Source: Candidatus Woesearchaeota archaeon (GTDB lineage: Archaea > Nanobdellota > Nanobdellia > UBA10117 > ARS21). From it: a stretch of DNA of 64,000 nt. The notes under the pieces were generated by a model that saw nothing but the letters and a program-made list of their open reading frames with translations, was not told the DNA's origin and did no database searches. Location of the stretch: NCBI GenBank assembly GCA_038128845.1, contig JAYPKL010000002.1, positions 5,604 to 69,603 of the forward strand, written 5' to 3'. A program made the position numbers and the translations under genes. Shown here in pieces: positions 18,947 through 28,059 of the stretch (position 1 is the first letter of the stretch; every line of letters begins with the position of its first letter).

Positions 18947-20344
18947 ATGGAAATATCTGTTATTCTTCCGGATCAAATAAATAAAAATAATCCTGTGCTT
19001 AAATTAAAAAATAAAATAATTATTCTTGAAGATAAAAGATATTTTGATGATTATAAATATAACAAAAAGAAATTAATTTTTCATCGAGCTTCTATGAAAT
19101 ATTTTTATGAATATCTGAAAAAGAGCGGACATAAAGTAGAATACAGCGAAAATAGTTTAGAAGATTATACTAAAGAAAAAATACATTTAATGGACCCAGT
19201 TAACAAAAAAATAACAAATAAATTCAAAAATTTAACAATATATGATAACGTAAATTTTCTTAATACTACAAAATACAATAAAGAATATTTTTCTAAAAAT
19301 AAATTTTTTATGGCAAGTTTTTATAAAGATCAAAGAAAAAAATACAAATTACTTTTGACATCTTCAGGAGGACCTGAGGGAGGAAAATGGAGTTATGATG
19401 ATCAGAATAGAAAAAAATTACCAAAATCAGAAAAAGTTCCAGATTTTAGAAAATTTAATAGTGAATATGTTAAAGAAGCAATTTCTTATGTTAATAAAAA
19501 ATATAAAAACAATTATGGAACTTCTGAAAATTTTTTTTATCCTACAACACACGAAGAAGCATCAAAATGGTTTGATGAATTCTTAAAAATTAGATTTGAA
19601 AAATTTGGACCTTATGAAGATGCAATATCTGATAAAGAATTTTTAATTTATCATTCTCTTTTGAGTCCTTTATTGAATGTAGGCCTAATTGATGTAAATT
19701 ATGTTTTAGATAAAGCAATTCAAGTACAAAAAAAACAAAAAATACCTATTAATTCTGTTGAAGGTTTTATTAGACAAATAATTGGTTGGAGAGAATTTAT
19801 ACGAGCAGTTTATGTTGAACTTTCTGAAAAACAAATAAACAATTTTTGGAAATTTAAAAATAAAATTAAAGAAAATTTTTGGAATGGAGAAACAAATATT
19901 TTACCTGTAGATAATGCAATAAAAAAAGCAATAGATTATGCATATAATCATCATATTGAAAGATTGATGGTTTTAGGAAATTATATGCTAATTACTGAAA
20001 AGAATCCGGATGAAGTTTATAATTGGTTTATGACAATGTATATTGATGCGTATGAATGGGTAATGGTTCCGAATGTTTATGGCATGAGTCAATATGCTGA
20101 CGGAGGATTAATTACTACCAAACCTTATCTTTCCGGTTCAAATTATATTCGTAAAATGTCTGATTACAAAAAAGAAGCTTGGTGCGATATTTTTGACGCA
20201 CTTTATTGGAGATTTAATATTAAATATGAAAAAGTTATTTCGAAGAATGCAAGATTATCTATTGTTGGAGCATTACTTAGAAAAATGAGTGATGAAAAGA
20301 AAAAAGGATACATTAAAATAGCTGAAAATCATATTAATAAATAA
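18947..20344 (+). CDS. Prokaryotic (6-4) photolyase-like protein (PhrB/FeS-BCP clade), lacking FeS cysteines
   Basis: GGKWSYDDQNR, FGPYEDA, EGFIRQIIGWREF, HHIERLM, DAYEWVMVPNV and TKPY; only one Cys in the protein. Confidence 0.9.
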   Translation: MEISVILPDQINKNNPVLKLKNKIIILEDKRYFDDYKYNKKKLIFHRASMKYFYEYLKKSGHKVEYSENSLEDYTKEKIHLMDPVNKKITNKFKNLTIYDNVNFLNTTKYNKEYFSKNKFFMASFYKDQRKKYKLLLTSSGGPEGGKWSYDDQNRKKLPKSEKVPDFRKFNSEYVKEAISYVNKKYKNNYGTSENFFYPTTHEEASKWFDEFLKIRFEKFGPYEDAISDKEFLIYHSLLSPLLNVGLIDVNYVLDKAIQVQKKQKIPINSVEGFIRQIIGWREFIRAVYVELSEKQINNFWKFKNKIKENFWNGETNILPVDNAIKKAIDYAYNHHIERLMVLGNYMLITEKNPDEVYNWFMTMYIDAYEWVMVPNVYGMSQYADGGLITTKPYLSGSNYIRKMSDYKKEAWCDIFDALYWRFNIKYEKVISKNARLSIVGALLRKMSDEKKKGYIKIAENHINK

Positions 20345-20345
20345 G

Positions 20346-20738
20346 ATGATTGAAGCAATGATTAACTTTATGGGTTATTTTTTGGTAATTGTTGCTATTT
20401 TGAAAATAATAGATTGGAAAAAATTTTCGGAAAATTTTTCAAAATATGACTTAATTGCAAAAAGAAGTCAAGCTTACTCTTTTTCTTATCCAATTATTGA
20501 ATTGGCAATCGGAATAAGTTTTTTGAATAATTTTTATGTTAGAGAAGTTGCAATTATTTTAGCAGCAATTATGTTTATTGGAGTAACTGGAGTTTTGAAG
20601 GCATTAAAGGAAAATAAAAAAGTTCAGTGTGCATGTTTAGGAAAATTAGGGCATAAATTAAACATCAAATTAACACAATTTACTTTATTTGAAGATATAG
20701 TTATGGGACTTATGGCCTTAGCAATTTTATTACTTTAA
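20346..20738 (+). CDS. MauE/DoxX-like membrane protein
   Basis: F..YD.IA...Y...YP.IE, CACLG and ED..M. Confidence 0.75.
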   Translation: MIEAMINFMGYFLVIVAILKIIDWKKFSENFSKYDLIAKRSQAYSFSYPIIELAIGISFLNNFYVREVAIILAAIMFIGVTGVLKALKENKKVQCACLGKLGHKLNIKLTQFTLFEDIVMGLMALAILLL

Positions 20739-21127
20739 TTAACTTCTTTTAATCTCATTAAAGCAATTTCTGCAGATTCTGCCATTTCAATTTCAGGATC
20801 ATTTAGATATTTTTCTACAAAAGGAATGTATTCTTTTTTTCCAAGAGTTGCAAGAGCCAATATTGCTTCATGTCTAACAAAAATATTTGTGTCATTTTCT
20901 ACGGCTTTTATTAATGCTGGACCTGCAATTTCATTCCAAGCAGTTTCGCCAAGAGAAAATGCAAATTCATGTCTAACTATTGGTGAGGGATCGGTTTCAA
21001 GAGCTTTGCATAGTTTTAGAATATCGTCTTTATTTGTAGAATTTTCTAACTTAAATGCTGCTTGAATTCTTTCTTCTTTTGATTTAGTTAAGTCTAGTAC
21101 AATATCTGCTGGATGCATAAATTTCAA
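20735..21127 (-). CDS. HEAT-repeat protein resembling one half of deoxyhypusine hydroxylase
   Basis: VRHEFAFSLG and VRHEAILALATLG with the His residues 33 aa apart; C-terminal DPEIEMAESAEIAL. Confidence 0.7.
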   Translation of the reverse strand: MKFMHPADIVLDLTKSKEERIQAAFKLENSTNKDDILKLCKALETDPSPIVRHEFAFSLGETAWNEIAGPALIKAVENDTNIFVRHEAILALATLGKKEYIPFVEKYLNDPEIEMAESAEIALMRLKEVN

Positions 21128-21150
21128 TAAAAAAGTTCTATTAAAAATGT

Positions 21151-21669
21151 TTATTTTCGTAAAATTATTGGCTCTTTTTCTGATACGTCAATAACTGTTG
21201 AAGCTTTACCTGATAATTTTCCTTCATCAATAACAATATCCACTTTATCTTTAATTTCTTTTTTAAGATTTTTAGGATCTACTAAGTGAGGTTCTCCGGA
21301 AATATTTACCGAAGTTGTTACAAAAGGTTTTCTTGTTTTTTTAACAAGTTTTGAAAATTCGCAATCAGGTATTCTGACACCAACTTTATCGGAGTATGAA
21401 ACATGCTTTGAAATTATTTTTTCATTTTTAGGTCTCATTACCAGTGTGTATGGTCCCGGTAATTTATCTAAATAAATTGGATGAATAATTTCAAAATTTT
21501 CTTTGATCCATTTTTTTGATGGAGCTATAATAGAAAATGGTTTTTCTTCTCTTTTTTTAATGTCTCGGATTTTTAGAACTAGTTTATCGTTTGTGGCGTC
21601 ACATCCAATCCCATAAATAGTATCTGTAGGGTATACGTAAACTTTTTCTAGATTTATTTGACTATTCAT
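21151..21669 (-). CDS. tsaC: Threonylcarbamoyl-AMP synthase (TsaC/Sua5 YrdC domain only)
   Basis: YPTDTIYGIGC, KKR...KP, PGPYT, TTSVNISG and STVID. Confidence 0.93.
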   Translation of the reverse strand: MNSQINLEKVYVYPTDTIYGIGCDATNDKLVLKIRDIKKREEKPFSIIAPSKKWIKENFEIIHPIYLDKLPGPYTLVMRPKNEKIISKHVSYSDKVGVRIPDCEFSKLVKKTRKPFVTTSVNISGEPHLVDPKNLKKEIKDKVDIVIDEGKLSGKASTVIDVSEKEPIILRK

Positions 21670-21702
21670 AATATATATAAATCAAATTAGAATAAAAATT
21701 CT

Positions 21703-21819
21703 ATGAAAAAACCGGATTTGATGAAGCAAGCACTTAAAATTTTAGGAAAATATAGAGAAAAAACACCAAAACAAGATAAATTTGATGAAGAACCCTGTTG
21801 TGCAGGAGATCATGAATAA
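21703..21819 (+). CDS. 38-aa micro-ORF ending in PCCAGDHE (not in ORF track)
   Basis: MKKPDLMKQALKILGKYREKTPKQDKFDEEPCCAGDHE; downstream of a TATA-like run; TAATG-coupled to the ferredoxin. Confidence 0.55.
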   Translation: MKKPDLMKQALKILGKYREKTPKQDKFDEEPCCAGDHE

Positions 21820-22064
21820 TGGCTAAATATAAGATTAATATTAACTTAGATGATTGTATAGGAGCTTATGCTTGTGCAGCAGTATATCCTGAGATGTGGG
21901 AAGTTGATGCAAAAGGTAAGGCTCATCCTAAAATAGGAACACTTAAAAAGGCAGATTCAAGTGAGTGGATTATATTGGATGAATCAGAGTTTGACTTGGA
22001 GCTTGCAAAAAGATCTGCCGAAGTATGCCCTGTTAATGCAATAAAAATAGAGAAAATAAAATGA
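21819..22064 (+). CDS. Monocluster ferredoxin, probably [3Fe-4S]
   Basis: CIGAYAC...CPVNAI, with the second Cys of CxxCxxC replaced by Ala. Confidence 0.85.
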   Translation: MAKYKININLDDCIGAYACAAVYPEMWEVDAKGKAHPKIGTLKKADSSEWIILDESEFDLELAKRSAEVCPVNAIKIEKIK

Positions 22065-22585
22065 TAACAAAAGACATGACAATTGGTGATGTAATTAAAG
22101 AATACCCTGAAACTATCGAAATTATGTTATCTTATGGTCTTCATTGTGTTGGATGTTCAGTTCAATATTGGGAAAGTATTGAAGGCGGATGTAAAACTCA
22201 TGGTTTTGAAGATGAAAAAATTGAAAAAATGATTAAAGAAATGAATGAGGCGCTTATTTTAGACAAAGAAGAATTTACAGTTACAGATAAAGCAATTACA
22301 AAAATTATTGAAATGGCTGAAAAACAAGAAAAAAATCCGATTTTAAGAATAAATGTTATATCTGGAGGTTGTTCCGGATTTCAATATCACTTTGATTTTG
22401 ATGAAATTAAAGAAAATGATGAAAAAATGGAATTAAACGGTGTAACTTTTGTAATGGATTCAGAATCAAAAAACATGTTAAACGGTTCAAAAATGGAATA
22501 CATTGATACATTAAATGAATCTGGATTTAGAATTTCAAATCCAAATGCAAGCGAATCTTGTGCTTGCGGGAAGAGTTTTAATTAA
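22061..22585 (+). CDS. DUF1858 domain fused to an A-type Fe-S carrier (ErpA/IscA/HesB)
   Basis: N-terminal ITKDMTIGDV...GLHCVGC; C-terminal GGCSGFQY and NPNA..SCACGKSF. Confidence 0.9.
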   Translation: MITKDMTIGDVIKEYPETIEIMLSYGLHCVGCSVQYWESIEGGCKTHGFEDEKIEKMIKEMNEALILDKEEFTVTDKAITKIIEMAEKQEKNPILRINVISGGCSGFQYHFDFDEIKENDEKMELNGVTFVMDSESKNMLNGSKMEYIDTLNESGFRISNPNASESCACGKSFN

Positions 22586-22586
22586 A

Positions 22587-23006
22587 ATGGAAAATTTATT
22601 TAACACTTTTTATGATCAAATAGAAAAAGTAGATATTCAGTACAAATTACTTTTAGAAAATCATCAAGCTTGGAAAGATTTCTACATGGAAGGAGATCGT
22701 GATTCTGCAAATAAAATATATGAACAAAGAAAGCCTATTGATGAAATTCTTAATTTTGAACTAAATTTAGCAGCAAAAACTGCCGATAAAATTATAAAAG
22801 AATATAAAGGAAATAAAAAACAAGATATGTACCTGGATTTTGCAATAAATAAAAAAATTGAAAATTTTGGTTCGTATAAAGATTTTTTAGATGAAGTATT
22901 AAATTACTCTGCGCTTCAATCAGATATTATTTCTTCAGAAATTGAAATAACAATGGAAAATTTTCCAAAACTTAATTCTCTAGAATTTATTATGGATAAT
23001 ATTTAG
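22587..23006 (+). CDS. Hypothetical protein
   Basis: Likely ATG 22587 just after the carrier stop; helical and acidic. Confidence 0.55.
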   Translation: MENLFNTFYDQIEKVDIQYKLLLENHQAWKDFYMEGDRDSANKIYEQRKPIDEILNFELNLAAKTADKIIKEYKGNKKQDMYLDFAINKKIENFGSYKDFLDEVLNYSALQSDIISSEIEITMENFPKLNSLEFIMDNI

Positions 23007-23039
23007 AAAATTTTATATAATAATAAACAATTAAATTAC

Positions 23040-23351
23040 ATGGGTAAAGATTCTTCTTATGAATTTCAATTAAGTGCATTAACTACCAAACAAAATGTAT
23101 TACGTCAACGTTTAGAAAGATTTCAAAAATTGAAAGAAGATGTTTTAGCCGACAATGAAAGATTAGTAAAATCTGCAATTGAACTTAAAGAAGTTATGAA
23201 TCAACAAGAAGAAACAATAGACTCTGTTAGAAGATCTCGTGGAAGAAAAGGCGATACAAATAAAATATCCGGATTTGAACGTGATTTAAATAATGTAAAA
23301 AGACTCGTTGGACCTTTGGTTGAATCAATAATAAGAAAAAGATCTGAATAA
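23040..23351 (+). CDS. Hypothetical coiled-coil protein
   Basis: Heptad-like charged helix, 103 aa. Confidence 0.6.
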   Translation: MGKDSSYEFQLSALTTKQNVLRQRLERFQKLKEDVLADNERLVKSAIELKEVMNQQEETIDSVRRSRGRKGDTNKISGFERDLNNVKRLVGPLVESIIRKRSE

Positions 23352-23396
23352 ACTAAAAAATAAATAATTTTATTAAGTTGTTTTTCATAGATTTAT

Positions 23397-23921
23397 ATGA
23401 AAAATCTTTGGCACGATATATCTTCTGGTTCAGAAGATAAATTAAATGTTATTATAGAAATTCCGAGTGGTTCCAAAGATAAATATGAGTTAGATAAAGA
23501 AACTGGATTAATTATGCTTGATAGAGTTCTTGAAGTTTCAATGAGTTATCCTGGAAACTATGGATTTGTTCCTCAAACTCTTTGTGAAGATAAGGATCCT
23601 TTGGATGTTATTTTACTTACTCATTCTTCATTACATCCTGGTGTTTTAGTTAAAGCAAGACCAGTAGGACTACTTAATATGGTTGATGGTGGAGAGGCTG
23701 ATGAAAAAATTTTAGCAGTTCCTGCAGATGATCCAAGATTTAATGAAATGAACGATATCAAAAATGTGCCAAAAGCATTTTTAGATGAAATTTATCATTT
23801 TTTCTTAAGATATAAAGATCTCAGAAAGGGCGAAGTTCAAATTGGTAAATGGGGAAATGCTAGACAAGCAAAAAGAGCAATTAAAAACTCAATTAAACTT
23901 TATCAAAAAACTTACAAATAA
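23397..23921 (+). CDS. ppa: Family I inorganic pyrophosphatase
   Basis: KYELDK, YPGNYGFVPQT, DKDPLD and DEKI. Confidence 0.96.
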   Translation: MKNLWHDISSGSEDKLNVIIEIPSGSKDKYELDKETGLIMLDRVLEVSMSYPGNYGFVPQTLCEDKDPLDVILLTHSSLHPGVLVKARPVGLLNMVDGGEADEKILAVPADDPRFNEMNDIKNVPKAFLDEIYHFFLRYKDLRKGEVQIGKWGNARQAKRAIKNSIKLYQKTYK

Positions 23922-23950
23922 ACTTATATTTCTATACATAACTATTATCT

Positions 23951-24628
23951 ATGGACTCAATTATCAAATTAGATAAAGTTTGGAAAATATATGATATGGG
24001 TTCTTCTAAAATTTATGCAAATAAAGATATATCACTTGAGATAACAAAAGGCGAATTTGTTTATGTTGTTGGAAAATCGGGTTCTGGTAAATCTACTTTA
24101 TTAAATATGATAGGTAGTCTAGATTATCCTTCTAGAGGAAAAATTTTTTTAGATAATAAAAACATAGCAGATTTCTCAGAATCGGAATTAGCACAACTTA
24201 GGGGAAGTAAAATTGGATTTGTATTTCAATCATTTAATTTGATATCTAGTATGACTGCTTTAGAAAATGTTATGTTACCTATGACATTTCAAAATAAAAA
24301 TAATGAAGAAAAAATTAAACGCGCAAAAGAACTACTGGATATGGTTGATATGGGGCATAGGTACAATAATTTACCTGGAGAATTATCGGGAGGAGAAAGA
24401 CAAAGAGTTGCGGTTGCAAGATCTTTAGCAAATGACCCTGAAGTTATAATTGCTGATGAACCAACTGGAAATCTTGATTCAAAAACAGGTAAAATTGTAA
24501 TGCAAATGTTTGAAAGAATTAATCGTGAAGATAAAAAAACAATAATTATTGTTACACATGATACTGATTTAGTTAAAAGAAAAAGTCATCATAAGATATA
24601 TAAAATATCGGATGGAGAATTAGTATGA
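23951..24628 (+). CDS. ABC transporter ATP-binding protein (LolD/MacB type)
   Basis: GKSGSGKS, LSGGERQRV and ADEPTGNLD. Confidence 0.95.
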   Translation: MDSIIKLDKVWKIYDMGSSKIYANKDISLEITKGEFVYVVGKSGSGKSTLLNMIGSLDYPSRGKIFLDNKNIADFSESELAQLRGSKIGFVFQSFNLISSMTALENVMLPMTFQNKNNEEKIKRAKELLDMVDMGHRYNNLPGELSGGERQRVAVARSLANDPEVIIADEPTGNLDSKTGKIVMQMFERINREDKKTIIIVTHDTDLVKRKSHHKIYKISDGELV

Positions 24629-25521
24629 AAAAACTAATTACATTGATATTATCTTTATCATTACTTGTTTCAGTATCTTTTGCAGCAACTACGCTAAAAT
24701 TACCAGACATTTCTGGAGGAAATATTATTATAGAGAGTTCTACGTATGATCCAGCACCTGCAGAACCTGGAAACTACTTAGATTTATACGTAACAATAAA
24801 AAATAATGGAGGAAATTCTATAAGAAATTTAAATTTACAACTTGAAGACAGATATCCCTTTACTGTTGTTGATTCAATAGATAATGAAATTAAAGATTTA
24901 GTTAATGGAAGAGAAAAATTAGTTAGATATAAAATTTATATTTCTGAAGATGTACTTTCTGGAGATTATTCAATTCCAATAAAGGCGTGTACAAATCAAG
25001 ATTGTTCAAACATAATTAAAGAATCGAATATAGAAATATCCGTTAATGCAGGCTCAAGTCCAATAATGGAATTGGGAATAGATGATTACGATTTAATTAC
25101 TCCTGGTTCTCTGAATGAAATAATTATAACTTCAGTAAATAAAGGAAAACAAGGTGTTCAATTCTTAACCATCGAATTATTAGATACAGAAGATTACACC
25201 GTAATATCGAGTCCAAGAAAATACATGGGAGAATTATTAACAGATGATTTTGAAAGAGAAACATATAAAATTCATATTTCTGAAAATATTGAATCCAGTA
25301 AATCTATGGAATTAGATTTATTAGTTGAATATTCTGACATGAATTATAAAAAATACTCTGAAAATGAAAAATTAACAATTAATGTTTATACTCAAAAAGA
25401 TGCGCAAAAAATAGGACTTGCTCAAAAAAGTAACGGAGCGTTATATTCTGTACTATTTTTAGTAATTAGTTTCTTTACTTATAGGTACTATAGGAGAAAT
25501 AAGAAACGAAATGCTAGGTGA
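24625..25521 (+). CDS. Secreted COG1361-type Ig-like/S-layer-domain protein with C-terminal TM
   Basis: Signal peptide, YDPAPAEPG..L.V.I.N.G and a C-terminal TM plus basic tail; lies between ABC genes. Confidence 0.75.
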   Translation: MKKLITLILSLSLLVSVSFAATTLKLPDISGGNIIIESSTYDPAPAEPGNYLDLYVTIKNNGGNSIRNLNLQLEDRYPFTVVDSIDNEIKDLVNGREKLVRYKIYISEDVLSGDYSIPIKACTNQDCSNIIKESNIEISVNAGSSPIMELGIDDYDLITPGSLNEIIITSVNKGKQGVQFLTIELLDTEDYTVISSPRKYMGELLTDDFERETYKIHISENIESSKSMELDLLVEYSDMNYKKYSENEKLTINVYTQKDAQKIGLAQKSNGALYSVLFLVISFFTYRYYRRNKKRNAR

Positions 25522-26704
25522 ATATATTAAAATATCTTTCAATAGTCTAAGAAGAAGAAAACTTAGAAGTTGGCTTACGATTATTGGTATCATTATAGGT
25601 ATATCTGCAATAGTATCTCTGACATTAATTGCTCAAGGTACTGAGAATGCCGTAAATGAAGCATTTGAACAATTTGGTACTGATGCAATTTTTGTACAAG
25701 GTGGTGCAACATTTGCAAGACCTACTCCCGGTGAATATGGTATGAGTGATAGGGACATGAATTTTTTTGAAACATTTAGTGAAGTAGAATTTGTAATACC
25801 TTTTGCCTATGATACTCAAGAAGTTGAATATAAAGATGAAAAAAAATATCCTTTAGTTTATGCGATTGATACTGCATTATGGGACGAATATCTAAAACGG
25901 TCAAATTTCAAAGTAGAAAAAGGACGTAATCTACAAGATGGAGAAACGGGATCTGTTGTAGTAGGTTGGAAATTGAATCAAGACTATTTCGAAAATAAAG
26001 TTGATTTGAAAAGTAGAATAAAAATTAGTGGTAAAACATTCAAGGTTGTTGGAGTATATCAGAGAGTTGGAAATGACGGAGATGATACTGCAATAGCAAT
26101 GGCATTAGATGATGCAAGAAAATTATTTGCACCTCAAGGTAAAATTACTGCATCTCAAGTAATTGTAAAAGATGGAGTTGATATAGATAAATTTGCAGAA
26201 TATCTAGAGGAAGAGTATGAAGATTATAGAGGAGATAAAAATTTTGTACTAAATACTTCAACTGCAATATTAGAGCAAATAAATAATGTCTTGGGAATTC
26301 TTCAATATGTTGTTGTTGGTATAGCAGGAATTGCGTTAATAGTTGGTTCAGTCGGTATTGCTAATACTATGTATATGTCAGTTCTTGAAAGAACAAAGGA
26401 AATAGGAATAATGAAATCAATTGGTGCAACAAATAATGCAATCTTAACTATGTTTTTAATTGAATCTGCATTTTTTGGAATAGTAGGCGGAATTATAGGC
26501 TGTATAATAGGAGTCCTTATGGCAATCCTAGCAAAAGTCGCAATAGAAATTTTTGCTCCAGGAATTCCATTTTTAATATTAATAGATCCAACAGTTATAT
26601 TTGGAGCGTTATTATTTTCTGCAATTTCTGGAATAGTATCTGGAATTTTACCTGCAAGAAATGCATCAAAACTTAATCCAGTTGACGCACTTAGATATGA
26701 ATAA
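25511..26704 (+). CDS. ABC transporter permease (MacB/FtsX type)
   Basis: RSWLTIIGIIIG, SVLERTKEIGIMKSIGA and LNPVDALRYE. Confidence 0.95.
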   Translation: MLGEYIKISFNSLRRRKLRSWLTIIGIIIGISAIVSLTLIAQGTENAVNEAFEQFGTDAIFVQGGATFARPTPGEYGMSDRDMNFFETFSEVEFVIPFAYDTQEVEYKDEKKYPLVYAIDTALWDEYLKRSNFKVEKGRNLQDGETGSVVVGWKLNQDYFENKVDLKSRIKISGKTFKVVGVYQRVGNDGDDTAIAMALDDARKLFAPQGKITASQVIVKDGVDIDKFAEYLEEEYEDYRGDKNFVLNTSTAILEQINNVLGILQYVVVGIAGIALIVGSVGIANTMYMSVLERTKEIGIMKSIGATNNAILTMFLIESAFFGIVGGIIGCIIGVLMAILAKVAIEIFAPGIPFLILIDPTVIFGALLFSAISGIVSGILPARNASKLNPVDALRYE

Positions 26705-27712
26705 TCAAGGATATGCTTCTTCAATTATTTTTTGTTTATTTTTGAAATGTTTTTGAATTGTTATAAAATATTTTTCAAAATAATTAGAAACTGAATTTTT
26801 TAAGTCGGCCGGATGTATATTTCCGGACTTATAATCTTTGTATATGTCATCAATATTATTATATTTTGAATTACTTCCAAATTTCGGATTTCGAGAAATG
26901 ATAAATTCATTTTCAACCGGTAAAATAATGAATTTAACAATATCAAGTAAACCATTTGATTCTATATTTTTTTCTGGACAATATGATGAATTGATTTTTT
27001 TTCTCATAGATTTAATTGAATCATGTATGGTTATCACTTTATTTTTATCTGATGCTGACATTTTAGAACCGTCTTGGTTTAATCCAATTAATGGTAAAAA
27101 TATACAAATTGGTTTATTATGACCAAGAGATTTTACTTCTTCTCTTGCCAACATGTAGATTTTTCTTTGATCAATTCCGGAAAGGGCAATATCTGCACCA
27201 ATATGATGAACATCGATTGCTTGCATTAAAGCGTAATTTAATGAACCTAGATCTGGGTTTTCAACTTGTCTAACAACTTCTGAACTTGCTCTTAAAGCTC
27301 GCTTAACTTTGACTTTACCCATTAAACTATATAAGTCAAATATATAATCTGGTTTTTTTTGGAAAGATGAACCTAAAACAAATTTTATTTTTTTTGTGTC
27401 TACATTTAATGATTTTAGTATTGCAGTCATAGCTTCTTTATAATATCTTGATCTTGCTTTAGTTAATTCCATAGGTGATTTTCTATCATCTAAATAAGCA
27501 TGAATATCTGCCAATAAATATTTAAAATTCATACCGGATTCAACTAAATCTTTAATTTTTGCAGCTTGTAAAAAATAACCAATATGAACTTTACCTGTGG
27601 GCGCTGCTCCAAGGTAAGCTGTGGGTTTTTTCTTAGATTTTACAAGATTATTCAGTTCTTCTTCAGTTGTAATTTCAACTGAATTACGCTTGATTAAATC
27701 TATCTTATTCAT
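26705..27712 (-). CDS. tyrS: Tyrosyl-tRNA synthetase (archaeal type)
   Basis: PTGKVHIGY, YALMQAID, GIDQRK, KMSAS and IHPADLK. Confidence 0.95.
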   Translation of the reverse strand: MNKIDLIKRNSVEITTEEELNNLVKSKKKPTAYLGAAPTGKVHIGYFLQAAKIKDLVESGMNFKYLLADIHAYLDDRKSPMELTKARSRYYKEAMTAILKSLNVDTKKIKFVLGSSFQKKPDYIFDLYSLMGKVKVKRALRASSEVVRQVENPDLGSLNYALMQAIDVHHIGADIALSGIDQRKIYMLAREEVKSLGHNKPICIFLPLIGLNQDGSKMSASDKNKVITIHDSIKSMRKKINSSYCPEKNIESNGLLDIVKFIILPVENEFIISRNPKFGSNSKYNNIDDIYKDYKSGNIHPADLKNSVSNYFEKYFITIQKHFKNKQKIIEEAYP

Positions 27713-27785
27713 ACAAATAGTTACAATATCTTTTTAAAAGAATTTTCTAAAAAGGGATAATGCTTATATAGTAACAGCTCATTTT

Positions 27786-27983
27786 ATGAACATGAAAGCA
27801 GATTTAAATACAATAACAATGTGGTTAGTGGTTATTGGTGCTTTAAATTGGGGTACAACTGAATTAGGTTATGACTTAGTTGCTATGTTATTAGGTTCAG
27901 TACCAATGTTAGCATCATTAGTTTACTACTTAGTAGGACTATCCGGATTGTATGTTGGATACAATATGGTTTCCGGTAAATAA
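27786..27983 (+). CDS. DUF378-family small membrane protein
   Basis: LVVIGALNWG...YDLV...VYYLVGLSG. Confidence 0.9.
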   Translation: MNMKADLNTITMWLVVIGALNWGTTELGYDLVAMLLGSVPMLASLVYYLVGLSGLYVGYNMVSGK

Positions 27984-28011
27984 ATTTATTACTGGAAAAA
28001 TTAATTTTACC

Positions 28012-28036
28012 GGGGATCTATATCCCCTACTTTTTT
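28012..28036 (+). terminator. Hairpin plus U-tract terminator
   Basis: GGGGAT-ctat-ATCCCC followed by tacTTTTTT, downstream of the DUF378 stop. Confidence 0.6.
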
Positions 28037-28059
28037 AAATTTAAATTTTTAATAATAAT

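Noticed and set aside
20735..21127. Phycobilin lyase (PBS-HEAT) annotation
   Set aside because: No phycobiliprotein context; the paired RHE motifs at DOHH spacing fit a metal-binding HEAT protein better, although a generic HEAT function is not excluded
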